From NCBI GenBank assembly GCA_045863575.1, contig BTUC01000001.1, positions 1-60,123 on the forward strand: 60,123 bases of DNA, written 5' to 3'. This document shows, piece by piece, positions 9,049-19,718 of the stretch (positions are counted from its first letter, which is position 1; every line of letters starts with the position of its first letter). Origin of the DNA: Phycisphaerae bacterium. Its GTDB lineage: Bacteria > Planctomycetota > Phycisphaerae > UBA1845 > PWPN01. The position numbers and the translations under genes were made by a program. The notes under the pieces were generated by a model. That model was not told the DNA's origin and did no database searches. It worked only from the letters and a program-made list of their open reading frames with translations.

Positions 9049-10260
9049 ATGACTGCCCAGGCTTCGAAACCGCTGAGGCTTCTCATCGTCAGCGAAACCG
9101 GGCAATGGCCCTTCGCGCTTCGTGAGCTGGTTGACGCACACGGCATACGGGTTGTGCAGGCGCGCGACTGCCGCCAGGCCAGCGATCCTGCGCTGCTCTC
9201 CGCCGTCGACGCCGTGATTCTGTGCGATGCACCGAGCAGCGGACACGCGGACGGCTGGCGTGGCGAATTCGAGCTTCTGGCGGATGCCCTGACCTCTCAT
9301 CGACTCAGTGGGATCGTCCTGTCGCCGGGCACAACCGGGGTGGTGCCCGGCGAAGGCGATGCCCTGGTCAGCGTCGCCGGCGACGTCAGCGCCGCTGAGC
9401 TGTGGGGGCGTGTGGCGACTATCCGTCAGTATCGGCCCCTGCTCATGCAGATGGAAGAGCAGGTCTCCGTCATGCAGCGGCTGGGGAAGAAGCTCAACCA
9501 GCATTTCGTCGAGGTGGATCAGGAACTCCGCCTCGCCAGCCGACTGCAACGCGATTTCCTGCCCAAGTGCTTTCCGGAGGTTGGGGACATCCGCTTCGCG
9601 GCGCTGTTTCGGCCCGCGACATGGGTCTCCGGGGATGTGTACGACGTGCGGCGGCTGGATGAGACGCACGTCAACTTTTATCTGGCTGATGCCGTCGGGC
9701 ACGGCGTCGCGGCCGGCCTGCTGACCATGTTCATCAAGCAGGCCATGGTCGGCAAGCAAATCCAGGAATCCAGCTACTCGATTATTCCCCCGGGAGAGGT
9801 TCTCGCCGGGCTGAACAGCGCCCTGGTGAACCAGGAGCTGCCCAATTACCAGTTCGTCACCGCATGCTACGCGGTCATCGACACCGCCACCGGCGAACTC
9901 ACCTTCGCCCGCGGCGGCCATCCCCATCCGATCCACGTGAGCGCCAACGGCTCCTGTAACGAAGCCCGCACGATCGGCGGCCTGCTCGGGGTCTTCTCTG
10001 AAGAGGACTTTCCGGGCCTGACGCTAGCCTTAAACCCGGGCGAGAAGTTCATCATCTACAGCGACGGGCTGGAAGACGCGCTCATCTGCAAGCGCGAGCG
10101 CACCAACGGCCAGGTGGACTTTACCGATGAGTTCAAGCAGGCCGTCCACCTCCCCGCCCAGGAGCTCGTCAACGCCCTCACCGCCCTGCTGGACCGCTCT
10201 GAAGGCAGCATTGAGCCGCGCGACGACGAAACGTGCCTGGTGGTGGAACGCCTGTCGTGA
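9049..10260 (+). CDS. PP2C-type (SpoIIE/RsbU family) serine phosphatase with N-terminal receiver-like domain
   Basis: The C-terminal half has LQRDFLP, SGDVYDV, FYLADAVGHGVAAGL, FARGGHPHP and IIYSDGLEDA. The N-terminal ~120 aa have a CheY-like beta-alpha pattern (LRLLIVSE...AVILCD). Confidence 0.8.
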   Translation: MTAQASKPLRLLIVSETGQWPFALRELVDAHGIRVVQARDCRQASDPALLSAVDAVILCDAPSSGHADGWRGEFELLADALTSHRLSGIVLSPGTTGVVPGEGDALVSVAGDVSAAELWGRVATIRQYRPLLMQMEEQVSVMQRLGKKLNQHFVEVDQELRLASRLQRDFLPKCFPEVGDIRFAALFRPATWVSGDVYDVRRLDETHVNFYLADAVGHGVAAGLLTMFIKQAMVGKQIQESSYSIIPPGEVLAGLNSALVNQELPNYQFVTACYAVIDTATGELTFARGGHPHPIHVSANGSCNEARTIGGLLGVFSEEDFPGLTLALNPGEKFIIYSDGLEDALICKRERTNGQVDFTDEFKQAVHLPAQELVNALTALLDRSEGSIEPRDDETCLVVERLS

Positions 10261-10403
10261 CCCAGTAGAGTACTGTCAATTCTGCACCCGAGGTAAACGC
10301 CGCCGAAAAGCCTCCGAATGCGGAGGTTGCCTGCATATAGGGCGGTTTCGCCTGCCCCGGATCCGGAGCCGCCCCGAACGGCCGCCACGCTTCACCGAAC
10401 CTG

Positions 10404-10412
10404 TGCTACAAT
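10404..10412 (+). promoter_or_regulatory. Possible extended -10 promoter element (TGcTACAAT)
   Basis: The sequence tgctacaat lies 70 nt upstream of ATG 10482. No good -35 element was found. Confidence 0.25.
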
Positions 10413-10481
10413 GCGGTCGTCGGAGATCTCGTTCGGAACCAGCGATCAGACCTCAGTCCCCTCCGCCTGGAGAGAATCGAA

Positions 10482-13400
10482 ATGCGGTACTGCGCTTCTG
10501 CCTCTGTTTTGCCGTGGGTGCTGGTCGGGCTCATGGCCGGCCCGCTCCTCGCCGCGGAGACGGTTGTCTGGCGCGATTCGCTGGACGGGCCCTATACCCC
10601 GGTGAATCCCACGCGTGACATCCACAACCCCCACTCTTTGGGCGAACCGCCCTGGTTGGCGGATACGGAGCAGAACTGCACCGGTTCGCTGCCGGCGGAC
10701 TGGTATGCCGGATTTGTCCACTGGCACGGAACCAACGGCCGGCACTGGGGCCTGACCCAGGACACCTCGGTCAAGACGGAGGGCAGCGCCTCCCTGCATC
10801 TGGCCTACGCGTCGTTCGGCGCAACCACCGCGGACATCTGCGACATCTATCTCGGCCGCAAGTTCCCCACCGTGCCGGGCCAGCGCTACGTCCTGAGGTT
10901 CGACCACAAAATGGACCGCATGGGTGAGTTCTGGCCGCCGGGCGCAGGCGACGATTACGTCCCGCCGCGGGAGCAAGGCTGGTGCCAATACTCAGTGGTT
11001 CTATCCGGAAGCCTGGCGGACATGCCGGGCATCGAGGACTATCCCCCCTGCCACTACGACGAAACCACGCACACCTGGTGCGAGGGCCAGCCGGGATGCC
11101 CGTGCGAACACCCATTGACACGCTATATCTTCTACACCGACGGGCAGTGGCACACCTACGCGTACGAGTTCACGGCCACCGGCACGGAGACCGCCTTCGT
11201 CTGGGACTTCCGCAAGAACCGCGTCTACCCCGGAGATCCGGCCATCGCCCCAGGTGACGGGTACCACCTCGACAATATCGTGTTGAGCACAGTCGATGAA
11301 ACCGGCAGGAATCATCTTTCGAACGGCGATTTCGAGCAGGGCCTGGAGGGCTGGACCGCCTGGACGGTCAGTGGATCTCCCGTCACCGATGCCTCCTCGG
11401 GCGCAGCCATGCTGAGCGGCTCCGGATTCAACGGAGGCCTCTACCAGCAGGTGTATACAGGTGGCGCAGGCAACGTCATCACCGTCGCCGGGAGCTGGCG
11501 CGGACTACCCGCGGAGGCCCAAAACCCCCGGGCCGAGGTGCTGGTCATCAATGCCAATCGCCTGCCCGCCGACGGCGCAGATGAGTCCGACGGCAGCAAC
11601 CAGGCGTTTCTGGCGTATCGCAATGACACTTCCACCGGCTGGGATGCGCCGATGCCGGCGAGCTCAAACCTCGGAGCCCAATCCTACCGGATTGCCTTTA
11701 CGGCCGTGGGCAACTGGGCGACCATTCTCCTGAGAGCGGCCAACGACGGCAACGGGTCCAGCACCGTGTTCTTTGACGACATCATCGTCCGCTCGGTGCC
11801 GGCCCCGGCGACGTTGGACAACCTTCCGGCCGGTTTCACCAGGCGAACACTCGACCTCCCTTTCAACCACATGGTCGCCATGGGCCAGAGCCCGGTGAGC
11901 GAGGATCTGTACGTGGTACGCAATGATGGCTCTTCACCCTTGTACCGGATTGACCCGGATGCGCCCGTACTTTCGGCCGTCAAAATTGCCGACGTCGCAT
12001 CGCTGGCCGGGCTCGAGTTCCAGAACGGTGCGGAAGGCCTGACTTTCGATGCCGATGGCAACATCTACATTTCCAGCCACGAGGGCGACATCATCAAGGG
12101 CACCTACGCCGCCGGCACCGATTCGTTCGCCTGGTCGCAGTTCCTCGACCTGCCGGAAGCGGAGGTAGGCGGCTGGCACGGCGTGAACGGTCTGGCGGTC
12201 GATCCCGCGGGCGAGTGGCTGTACATCTGCTCCGGCACGCTGAAGAACGAAACCGACTCCAACTGGTGGCAGAGCACCGGACGCGACGGACGCATCCTGC
12301 GGTGCAGCCTGTCCACCGGCCTGAGCGCGGCACAACGTTTGGCGACCGTCGACACCCATGTGCTGGGCATCCGCAACAGCTTCGATATCGTGTTTCGAGC
12401 GGACGGGGCCCTCTTCGGCCTCGACAACAGTCCGGACCCGAACATCGGCTGCGACTACGCGGATGAGTTCAACAGGATCGAGCCCGGCCGCCACTACGGA
12501 TGGCCGCACCGCTACGGCAGCGACCTGAGCGGAGCCGATAATTCCTTTCAGTGTACGGTGCCACCGACGGGCGGCGAGATGTGGGGCGAAGCGATGGCCA
12601 ACCACGGTCCCGACGGACGGCCGGGCTTCGGCCAGCCGGGCTATCAGGACGGCGGCGTCTACTTCGGCGTTCATCCGCACTCTTCGCCGGACGGACTGAC
12701 CTTTTACGAGCCGCAACGCATGCGGCCTGGCGCGGTCAAATTCCCGGAGGAGTTTCACGGCCGGGCCTTTATTGCCCGATGGGGGCAGGGCGGAAATCCG
12801 AGCGTCGGCCACGACGTGCTTTCGGCCCGCCTGAGCCCGGACGATGCCAGCTACCAGTGCAACACCTTCCTGGCGGGCGCGGGGCTCTCGAACCCCATCG
12901 ACGTGCTGGCCGCCACGAACGGACGACTGTACGTGCTGGACTGGGGATCGAACCCCAGCAAGCTCCACGAGATCAGTTACCTGCCGCCCGACGAACCGCT
13001 CATCACCCTCGATCCGAAAAGCCTTGTCCGGGACGTGTTTCTCAGCGAGAACCTGTCATCGGACTCGTTCGAGGTCACCAATGCCGGGGCCGCGGTCTTG
13101 GAGTACCAGATCAACGACGACGTTGAATGGCTGACCGTGTCGCCGCCCACCGGCACGAGCTGGGGCGCCCCCGTAGAGCATGCGATCACCTACGACGTCG
13201 CCGGTTTGCCGGTGGGTACCTATGCCGCCGAGATCGAGGTCACCGACCCGGCCGCGGCCAACAGCCCACAGACGCTGACGGTGACGCTACAGGTGCGCAC
13301 CGTCGCGCCGGACACCGATCACGACGGTGACGTGGACCAGTCCGACTATGGCTTTCTCCAGGCGTGCTACAGCGGACCGGGTATCGCGCCGGCCTCCCAA

Positions 13401-13520
13401 TGCACGGCCGCCGATTACGACCACGATTCCGATGTGGACAGCGGAGATTTCACGCTTCTTCAGCGGTGCTTCTCGGGTGAGCGGGTGCGCGCGGAGAAGG
13501 ACTGTGAGAACCCATTCTGA
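10482..13520 (+). CDS. Secreted multidomain protein: CBM-like jelly-rolls, PQQ-type sugar (glucose/sorbosone) dehydrogenase-like beta-propeller, Ig-like module and dockerin-like tail
   Basis: The signal peptide is MRYCASASVLPWVLVGLMAGPLLAAE. NGDFEQGLEGWTAW is the start of a CBM4/9-like domain. HYGWPHRYG is the propeller motif. The Ig-like module is FEVTNAGAAVLEYQI..WLTVSP. The C-terminus is DHDGDVDQSDYGFLQACYSG...DHDSDVDSGDFTLLQRCFSG. Confidence 0.7.
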   Translation: MRYCASASVLPWVLVGLMAGPLLAAETVVWRDSLDGPYTPVNPTRDIHNPHSLGEPPWLADTEQNCTGSLPADWYAGFVHWHGTNGRHWGLTQDTSVKTEGSASLHLAYASFGATTADICDIYLGRKFPTVPGQRYVLRFDHKMDRMGEFWPPGAGDDYVPPREQGWCQYSVVLSGSLADMPGIEDYPPCHYDETTHTWCEGQPGCPCEHPLTRYIFYTDGQWHTYAYEFTATGTETAFVWDFRKNRVYPGDPAIAPGDGYHLDNIVLSTVDETGRNHLSNGDFEQGLEGWTAWTVSGSPVTDASSGAAMLSGSGFNGGLYQQVYTGGAGNVITVAGSWRGLPAEAQNPRAEVLVINANRLPADGADESDGSNQAFLAYRNDTSTGWDAPMPASSNLGAQSYRIAFTAVGNWATILLRAANDGNGSSTVFFDDIIVRSVPAPATLDNLPAGFTRRTLDLPFNHMVAMGQSPVSEDLYVVRNDGSSPLYRIDPDAPVLSAVKIADVASLAGLEFQNGAEGLTFDADGNIYISSHEGDIIKGTYAAGTDSFAWSQFLDLPEAEVGGWHGVNGLAVDPAGEWLYICSGTLKNETDSNWWQSTGRDGRILRCSLSTGLSAAQRLATVDTHVLGIRNSFDIVFRADGALFGLDNSPDPNIGCDYADEFNRIEPGRHYGWPHRYGSDLSGADNSFQCTVPPTGGEMWGEAMANHGPDGRPGFGQPGYQDGGVYFGVHPHSSPDGLTFYEPQRMRPGAVKFPEEFHGRAFIARWGQGGNPSVGHDVLSARLSPDDASYQCNTFLAGAGLSNPIDVLAATNGRLYVLDWGSNPSKLHEISYLPPDEPLITLDPKSLVRDVFLSENLSSDSFEVTNAGAAVLEYQINDDVEWLTVSPPTGTSWGAPVEHAITYDVAGLPVGTYAAEIEVTDPAAANSPQTLTVTLQVRTVAPDTDHDGDVDQSDYGFLQACYSGPGIAPASQCTAADYDHDSDVDSGDFTLLQRCFSGERVRAEKDCENPF

Positions 13521-13613
13521 GGTCGCGATGCAATGCCACCCCCGGCCGCTCAGACCGGTGTGCCGGCCGCCGCGAAAAGCCTCGTACGAAGCGTGCGCCT
13601 GCATCCGGATCGC

Positions 13614-16600
13614 CTATTCGACCCGCAGTTCGTGGGCACCCGGAGCCGGCCCGGCCATGCGGAAGAATCCACCACCCAGAGATTCTGCCAGAACCGGCGC
13701 ACCGCCGACAGTGATGTCCGGATCGCCCTTCGGCCAGTAGATCGTCAACGCGACGCTCCGCGTGGAGCGCAGAGATTCCGGCGCCACCAGCAACGCGGAT
13801 ATCCGGCCGTCTGTTTCGCTGAATTCCTGCGGAGTACAGATATCGGTATCCACCAGCCGGCACTGATCCGACCGCCAGACGCGGACAACCGCGGGACCGC
13901 AGAGCGGCGAGTCAACGGGGTTCTGCCGCACGATCTCATATCCAGCAAGGGCCTCACCCAGCGTGAGGACGGAGCTGTTCTCGACGCAATACAGTCCCGG
14001 TTCCGAGATGGCCATGTCCTTCGTGACCATGCGAATCATTCCCGCCTCGATCAGACCCGGCTCCACGTCGAGCCAGCGGTGAATCAGGCGTCGGATGGCC
14101 GAATCCACCGGTCCGCCAGCCGCCGCCTCCTCGGGCAGCGTCTCCGGAAAGCCGGCCAGACAAAGAACGCGTGACTGGCAACGGGGGCGCCCCCCCACCG
14201 CTCCGATGATCGCGCCGTCATCAGCCTGAATCAGCTCGAAGCCCGGCGTGTCGCGCCCAACCACCGCGTCCGCGACGCTCATCCGGGCGCGGATCCCCGG
14301 CAGCACCTCTGCCGTCTTCTGGACGAGCCGAGTCCCGGCGGGCGTGACCGGGAGCACCTCACCCAGTGACGCGTCAATCTGCTTCGATAACCGACCCCCA
14401 ACCGGGCCCCACAGTCTGCTGACCCCGGTGAGGACGAGCACGCGCTTGCCGCGACAGCCGTTCAGAAGAAAGGCATGCAGCTTCTCTTCGGCCGCCCGGT
14501 CGGCCCAGGCCGTGAAGATCACCACCCGGTCATAGTGCTCAGCCTGATCGAGGTCATTGAGCAGGAAGAAGTCCGCCCCCAACTCCCCGAGTGCCCACAC
14601 CAGCCTCCCGCCGGTGCCGAACTGCGCCGCCGCCTCCTTGGCCTGAAGCGGCGTAGCGAAGGCAGAGGGCATGAAGCAAGCCACCCGCGCACGCCTGGCG
14701 CTAAAGTGCTCTTCGGGATCATCGCGGTAGGCATTCCACAGCATCAACTGGTTGCGCACGCGGGCGACGTGCTCGCGCGAGTCGGCCATGCTGTAGTGGG
14801 TGAACTCGCCCTTGTACATATCGCAGAAGAAGGCCACGCTGGGCACGCGGAAGCGCATCAGTCGGATCATGGAGTCGTACAGCGCAAACGGGAACATCGC
14901 ATCCGCCGAGCCGCTGCCGGGATGAAACTCGTTGGCCACGGCCCGCTTGCCGGCCAGCCGGGCCTTGTTGGCCACCAGGCTCATGACGTGATCGGCATAC
15001 CAGGCGTGATAGGCCGAGCTGCGGATCCCCAGCCAGACGAAAGGCTCCGGCGACCCTTCCTTCCCGCGGAGCCGATAGCCGGCCCGCGCCTCCTTGTAGA
15101 AATCGACGCATTCAAGCCGCACCCGACCGCCGGCCTCGATGCGGGGATCGAGCCAGTGCAGCCGGTCGCCCTCGACGGGCGCGCCCGGGGCGGGTTCCGC
15201 TACCAGGCGCAGCCAGACGCGTCGTCCTGCCCAGGCTGACAGGTCCACTTCGACGGGCACAAACTCGTTGCCCGCGCCGACCTCCAGCAACCGCCGGCTG
15301 GCAGCATCGGGCTTGTCGAGATCCTCAATGAGCTCGATTCGGGCGAGCTGCCCCGGCCGTCCGTCCGCGCGAATCCAGGTCTTGAAACACACCCGCGGCG
15401 TCTGCGCGGACGCGGGCTTCACCGATCCCGGCGCCGGCAGCAGGACACGGCAGGCCACTTCGGCGCGGCCGGTCATGTTCCGGTACGGCGGCGTCAGGCG
15501 CAGACCGAACCGGTAGGCGCCCTCATGCGGCGCACCGCGCAGCTCAATCCGGCAGCCGCTGTCGTGAGGATCGCTGTTGTGAAACCCGCCGCCGCAGTAG
15601 AAGGTCACACCCGCCGCGTCGCCCAGATCGAGGTAGTTGAGGTCGTACGACATGCGCGGATCGGCGAGACTTCGCAGCAGCCGAGGCGTCACCTTGTGAC
15701 CCGGGTCGCCCTGGCGAAACAGCGCGATGCGGCCGGCTTCGCAGTCACGGATGAGCTTGCACCGGAACGGCGTGAGCACGTGCTCGAACCAGTCGGTCTT
15801 ACGGTTCTGAGGTTGGGCCACCGCCGCCCAGGAATCGAAGCTCACGCCGAAGTCGCCGTTAAACGTGATGCCGTCCCCGTTCGTGTCGCGGTCCGGAGAT
15901 GCGTCGGCGTACTCGCCCGTCAGCCATTCCAGGAACTCCGTCCGCGTGGGCTCGGATACGCCCAGGGCATCGTATATCTTTTCGTTGTGTCCCGTGTAGC
16001 CGGGCGTGCCGAACGAGGTATGCGGTTCACTGCCGTCGTTCCATCCCAGCAGGTAGAAGCGGTCGGCAAAGCTGCGCGTGCGGTCGAGGATGACGCCCCG
16101 GGCACTGTTCCATTGCTCCGAATCGCGCCCCAGTGGGATGGCCGGCTGATCTACGCCCATCCAGGGCACACCGGCCGATTCGCAGCGGTCCACCTGGTCG
16201 GCGCGCGGCTCGATCTGCACGAAGTCGAACGACTCGCGCACCTCGCGCAACCGCTGGGCGTTCGTGCGGGAATCGGCACCCACAAAGTAGAAGAACACGC
16301 CCAGCAGTGGGCGCAGCCCATCCGCGGTGGCGTAAACGTTCTCCGGCGTCAGCCCGGCCCTCCAACGTGCCATCCGCGCCCGGTACGGCTCCGCGCGCGC
16401 ATCAGGGGCCGTGACCTGGAAGCGCAGCCGCACCTGCCGTGCCCCCTGCGGGATGGGCATCAATCCGTCAGCGGGAGCCGGCACGGCCAGGCCGTCAACC
16501 GTCAGCGACCGGAGCTGCCCGTCGAACCGCGGCAGACGCCAGAACATGCCGCCCGGCGGGTTCGCATCGCCGGTCATGCTCAGCTCGATTTCGCCTTTGT

Positions 16601-19600
16601 CCGCCTGGCTGGTCAATCGAAATCCGATACGCCCGAAGTGAGTCAGCGCGCGTTCGACCTCGACGCGCTGGCCGTGGGCAAGCCACTGCTCCGGCACGCC
16701 GGCGGCCAGGTGCAGGGCGTCGCCCACCTCGCGAACGAGCATGTCGCGCACGAGGCTGACATACTCAGCCGAGGCCCACCCGTGCGGAATGTCACCACCG
16801 AGAAACAACTTCGAACGTCCGTCGGCCACCTCCGCCCACCCATACACGCCTGGGGCCGACTGGTTGTCCAGCGTCCAGCGGAGCATCTTGAAGGCGCGAT
16901 CGATCTGCCCCAGGTTGAGATAGCAATGGGCCAGTTCCAGCGTGGCGTACGGCCACGGCTGGCCGGCGTGCCAGTAACCGCCGTCGCGCGGGGCGATCTG
17001 CGTTTCCCAGTAGACGTCAAACGCGCGGCGAATGAGCGGATCGTCCGGCTCAAACGCGCCGCCCGGCCAGATGGCCGGACTCGTACCGCGAGCCCGACCC
17101 GAGGCCGAGGTGCTCTCAGGAGCAACCGGGATGAAGTCGATCCTTTCCTTGGCCATCACCGCCCGGATGGATTCCAGCGTGGAGCCGTGCAACTCCTCCA
17201 GCAGCGTGCGGATCTCAGCCGCGGCCGGCTCCTGCCCGAGCTCACGGGCGGCATAGAGTGCATCCTGAAGACCGCGGATGCACCAGAAATCATCCCAGTA
17301 ATGATGCCAGGTGTGCGGGCCCAGGTCCTCGGCCGATACGCTGGGCGTCAGGATCCCCCACAAGGGCGTGCCTCTGTTCTCGTCGGTCATCCCATCGCGG
17401 CGGATCTTGCCGATGAAGCGGGCTCCTCGCAGAATATTCGAGAAGTACCGCTCCAGCCAGGCACGGTCTTTCGTGACGCGGTACACCTGCACGAAAGAAT
17501 AAATGGCCTGGCCCTGGGCATCCCATTCTTTGGGACCGCCGGGCCCCATGGAGGGAAACTCGCCCGATTCCTTCTGGAACCGGGGCCACAGCTCGGTCGC
17601 CTTGCGTGCCGTCTCGACCAGGCCCGCGCGGAGGCAGGCGTCAATGAGGTAGGCCGCGTCGCGCGTCCAGAACGCGTTGTAGGCAAAACTGCCGGGAATG
17701 AGTGAATCGCCGTCCTGAAGTACGAGCATGTAGGCCAGCGAGGCATAGAACGCCTCCTCGGCATCGGCATCAGGCAGCCGCACCCGAATTGCCTCGTCCT
17801 GGTACAACCGCTTCCATCGATCGCGGGTCGTGTTGAAGGCCTTCTTCCATTCCAGCCGCCGTAGCGCGGCCGCATGATCGCCAGGTGCGGGGCCGGCATT
17901 CTGCCGGTCATTCGGTTCTAGCCCGACCACCGGCACTACGAACTCGAACGTCTCCGACTTGCCCACGGCCAATGACATCGCGAACTGCATCGCCCCGCTG
18001 GCCAGGCCGGCGCCGTCATAAACCTCGTGGCTGGCGGGCAGCACGCCGCGGGCCGCGTACTCGCAGATATCGGCTCCGCCCACCAGGGTGCAGGCCCCGA
18101 ACCCATCCGGGCGGCGCAGCGACACAAGCCCGAGCATGCCATTCACCGTCACCGCGTCCGACTCGGGCAAATAAGCCAGCTCGTGCACGGGCTCATAACC
18201 GCGGTTGAACGCGTAATGCTCGCGGGGGATGGAGTAGGGCCGGACGGCCACAAACAGCCGCACGCGCGCGTCACGATTGCTGGTGTTGCGCACCTCGCAG
18301 CGATAGAAGGCCAGATCGCGTGGCTCGCCTGCCACTTTCTCCCGGCCGACAAATAACAGGGTCTCCACCTGCGCCGGCCCGGCCCGCCAGGCAGATTTCG
18401 GAAACGGATAGCGGCCATCCTCGAGCCGCCATTCGATGGCCTCGAGCGGCAGCCGTTCGCCGGCGTGCAGAAGTCCCGTGGATTCATCGTAGACCCAGGC
18501 CGTAACGCTGTAGGAGCGGTTGGACGGACTGAAGGAGCCATCCGGAGCAGCGAATCCCTCCTCTGTACTTCCGGGACTTCCGACGATCGTGTGTGTGGAC
18601 CCGCGACCTGTCGCCCAGCCGGGCAGGATCAGTCCCGGCTCCGCCCGGGCCAGCGCCGTCACCGCGCTCCAGTCCTGGCTGAAGATCAGCGCCCGCCGGT
18701 CAGCGGCCAGCATCACCGGCGAGCGGATACCGCTCCTGGACTTGTCCTCGCATTTCACCCGCACGACCAGCAGGTTGGGCTTGTCCGGCCGCACGGCGCG
18801 GGTCAGCTCATACAGCGTGTCGCCCTTGGCCGGCGTGCTCTCTTCGCGTGCGTCCTTGAAACGGGCAAACTCCGGCGGATGGGAAAAACCATGGCTGGCA
18901 ACCAGTTGGCCGTTGAGGTAGACAGCACGGGCCCCGTGGATCGATGGCACCCGCAACCAGATCGGCTCCTGGCGCCAATCCACGGGCAGCTCAACCGGCA
19001 AGCGATACCATGCCTCCCCGGCGTAGTCCTTGACCTCCGGCCAGCCCTTCCATCCGTCACCTTGAAGGGAGCGCACGCTCCAGGCCGAATCATCGAAGCT
19101 TTCCGAGAACCAACTCTCGGCCAAGCCCCGCCCGTCCGGATCTGTACGGAAGCGCCAACCGCTCTCCAGGGGCAGCCGCAACGGCTCCCAGTTGAGCGAC
19201 CGTTTGTCGTCGGTCAGCATCACGCGGCCGGTAAGGCCTCCCTCACCTCCGCGATCCACCACGCGCAAGGCCAGGACATTGGCCTCGCCGGGCCGCAGGA
19301 AGGAGGTCACTCCCATGGCGGTTGAGGTCCTTCGGCGATGCTCCTTCTCGTGATAGCTGCGCACGGATTGGCCGTTGATATAAAGATCGTAACCGTCGTC
19401 AACGCTCTCGATCCCCAGGTACACGGGCCGACCGGCCCACTCAGGAGGCAGTGAAATCCCGCGCCGGTACCAGGCGGCGCCATCGAGCTGTTCATGTCCC
19501 TGCTGTTCCCACGGCCTGCCGGCATCGATGGGCGTCCAGGCCGCATCGTCGTGGTCGGAGACGAACCACTCCTGGGTCCGGCCCGCGTCCTGTGCGTCGA

Positions 19601-19718
19601 CCCGGAACTTCCACCCGCGGGTGAGATCCAGCCGCGCCGCCCCTGCCGGTGCACACTGGGCCAGGACCATGCCGATACCACCTGCAACCATCAAACGGAA
19701 TTCACGCCGTACAGTCAT
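13614..19718 (-). CDS. Giant secreted glycoside-hydrolase-like protein (GH2-type sugar-binding jelly-rolls, six-hairpin glycosidase-like region, large uncharacterised C-terminal half)
   Basis: It is a single uninterrupted ORF. Two N-terminal modules with W..F....W.......G.AWYR resemble the GH2 N-terminal sugar-binding domain. FWTRDAAY is typical of GH15-like (alpha/alpha)6 enzymes. The start was set at ATG 19718 (GGAG 7 nt upstream, signal peptide MTVRREFRLMVAGGIGMVLAQCAPAGA). The ORF track starts at 19769. Confidence 0.6.
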   Translation of the reverse strand: MTVRREFRLMVAGGIGMVLAQCAPAGAARLDLTRGWKFRVDAQDAGRTQEWFVSDHDDAAWTPIDAGRPWEQQGHEQLDGAAWYRRGISLPPEWAGRPVYLGIESVDDGYDLYINGQSVRSYHEKEHRRRTSTAMGVTSFLRPGEANVLALRVVDRGGEGGLTGRVMLTDDKRSLNWEPLRLPLESGWRFRTDPDGRGLAESWFSESFDDSAWSVRSLQGDGWKGWPEVKDYAGEAWYRLPVELPVDWRQEPIWLRVPSIHGARAVYLNGQLVASHGFSHPPEFARFKDAREESTPAKGDTLYELTRAVRPDKPNLLVVRVKCEDKSRSGIRSPVMLAADRRALIFSQDWSAVTALARAEPGLILPGWATGRGSTHTIVGSPGSTEEGFAAPDGSFSPSNRSYSVTAWVYDESTGLLHAGERLPLEAIEWRLEDGRYPFPKSAWRAGPAQVETLLFVGREKVAGEPRDLAFYRCEVRNTSNRDARVRLFVAVRPYSIPREHYAFNRGYEPVHELAYLPESDAVTVNGMLGLVSLRRPDGFGACTLVGGADICEYAARGVLPASHEVYDGAGLASGAMQFAMSLAVGKSETFEFVVPVVGLEPNDRQNAGPAPGDHAAALRRLEWKKAFNTTRDRWKRLYQDEAIRVRLPDADAEEAFYASLAYMLVLQDGDSLIPGSFAYNAFWTRDAAYLIDACLRAGLVETARKATELWPRFQKESGEFPSMGPGGPKEWDAQGQAIYSFVQVYRVTKDRAWLERYFSNILRGARFIGKIRRDGMTDENRGTPLWGILTPSVSAEDLGPHTWHHYWDDFWCIRGLQDALYAARELGQEPAAAEIRTLLEELHGSTLESIRAVMAKERIDFIPVAPESTSASGRARGTSPAIWPGGAFEPDDPLIRRAFDVYWETQIAPRDGGYWHAGQPWPYATLELAHCYLNLGQIDRAFKMLRWTLDNQSAPGVYGWAEVADGRSKLFLGGDIPHGWASAEYVSLVRDMLVREVGDALHLAAGVPEQWLAHGQRVEVERALTHFGRIGFRLTSQADKGEIELSMTGDANPPGGMFWRLPRFDGQLRSLTVDGLAVPAPADGLMPIPQGARQVRLRFQVTAPDARAEPYRARMARWRAGLTPENVYATADGLRPLLGVFFYFVGADSRTNAQRLREVRESFDFVQIEPRADQVDRCESAGVPWMGVDQPAIPLGRDSEQWNSARGVILDRTRSFADRFYLLGWNDGSEPHTSFGTPGYTGHNEKIYDALGVSEPTRTEFLEWLTGEYADASPDRDTNGDGITFNGDFGVSFDSWAAVAQPQNRKTDWFEHVLTPFRCKLIRDCEAGRIALFRQGDPGHKVTPRLLRSLADPRMSYDLNYLDLGDAAGVTFYCGGGFHNSDPHDSGCRIELRGAPHEGAYRFGLRLTPPYRNMTGRAEVACRVLLPAPGSVKPASAQTPRVCFKTWIRADGRPGQLARIELIEDLDKPDAASRRLLEVGAGNEFVPVEVDLSAWAGRRVWLRLVAEPAPGAPVEGDRLHWLDPRIEAGGRVRLECVDFYKEARAGYRLRGKEGSPEPFVWLGIRSSAYHAWYADHVMSLVANKARLAGKRAVANEFHPGSGSADAMFPFALYDSMIRLMRFRVPSVAFFCDMYKGEFTHYSMADSREHVARVRNQLMLWNAYRDDPEEHFSARRARVACFMPSAFATPLQAKEAAAQFGTGGRLVWALGELGADFFLLNDLDQAEHYDRVVIFTAWADRAAEEKLHAFLLNGCRGKRVLVLTGVSRLWGPVGGRLSKQIDASLGEVLPVTPAGTRLVQKTAEVLPGIRARMSVADAVVGRDTPGFELIQADDGAIIGAVGGRPRCQSRVLCLAGFPETLPEEAAAGGPVDSAIRRLIHRWLDVEPGLIEAGMIRMVTKDMAISEPGLYCVENSSVLTLGEALAGYEIVRQNPVDSPLCGPAVVRVWRSDQCRLVDTDICTPQEFSETDGRISALLVAPESLRSTRSVALTIYWPKGDPDITVGGAPVLAESLGGGFFRMAGPAPGAHELRVE

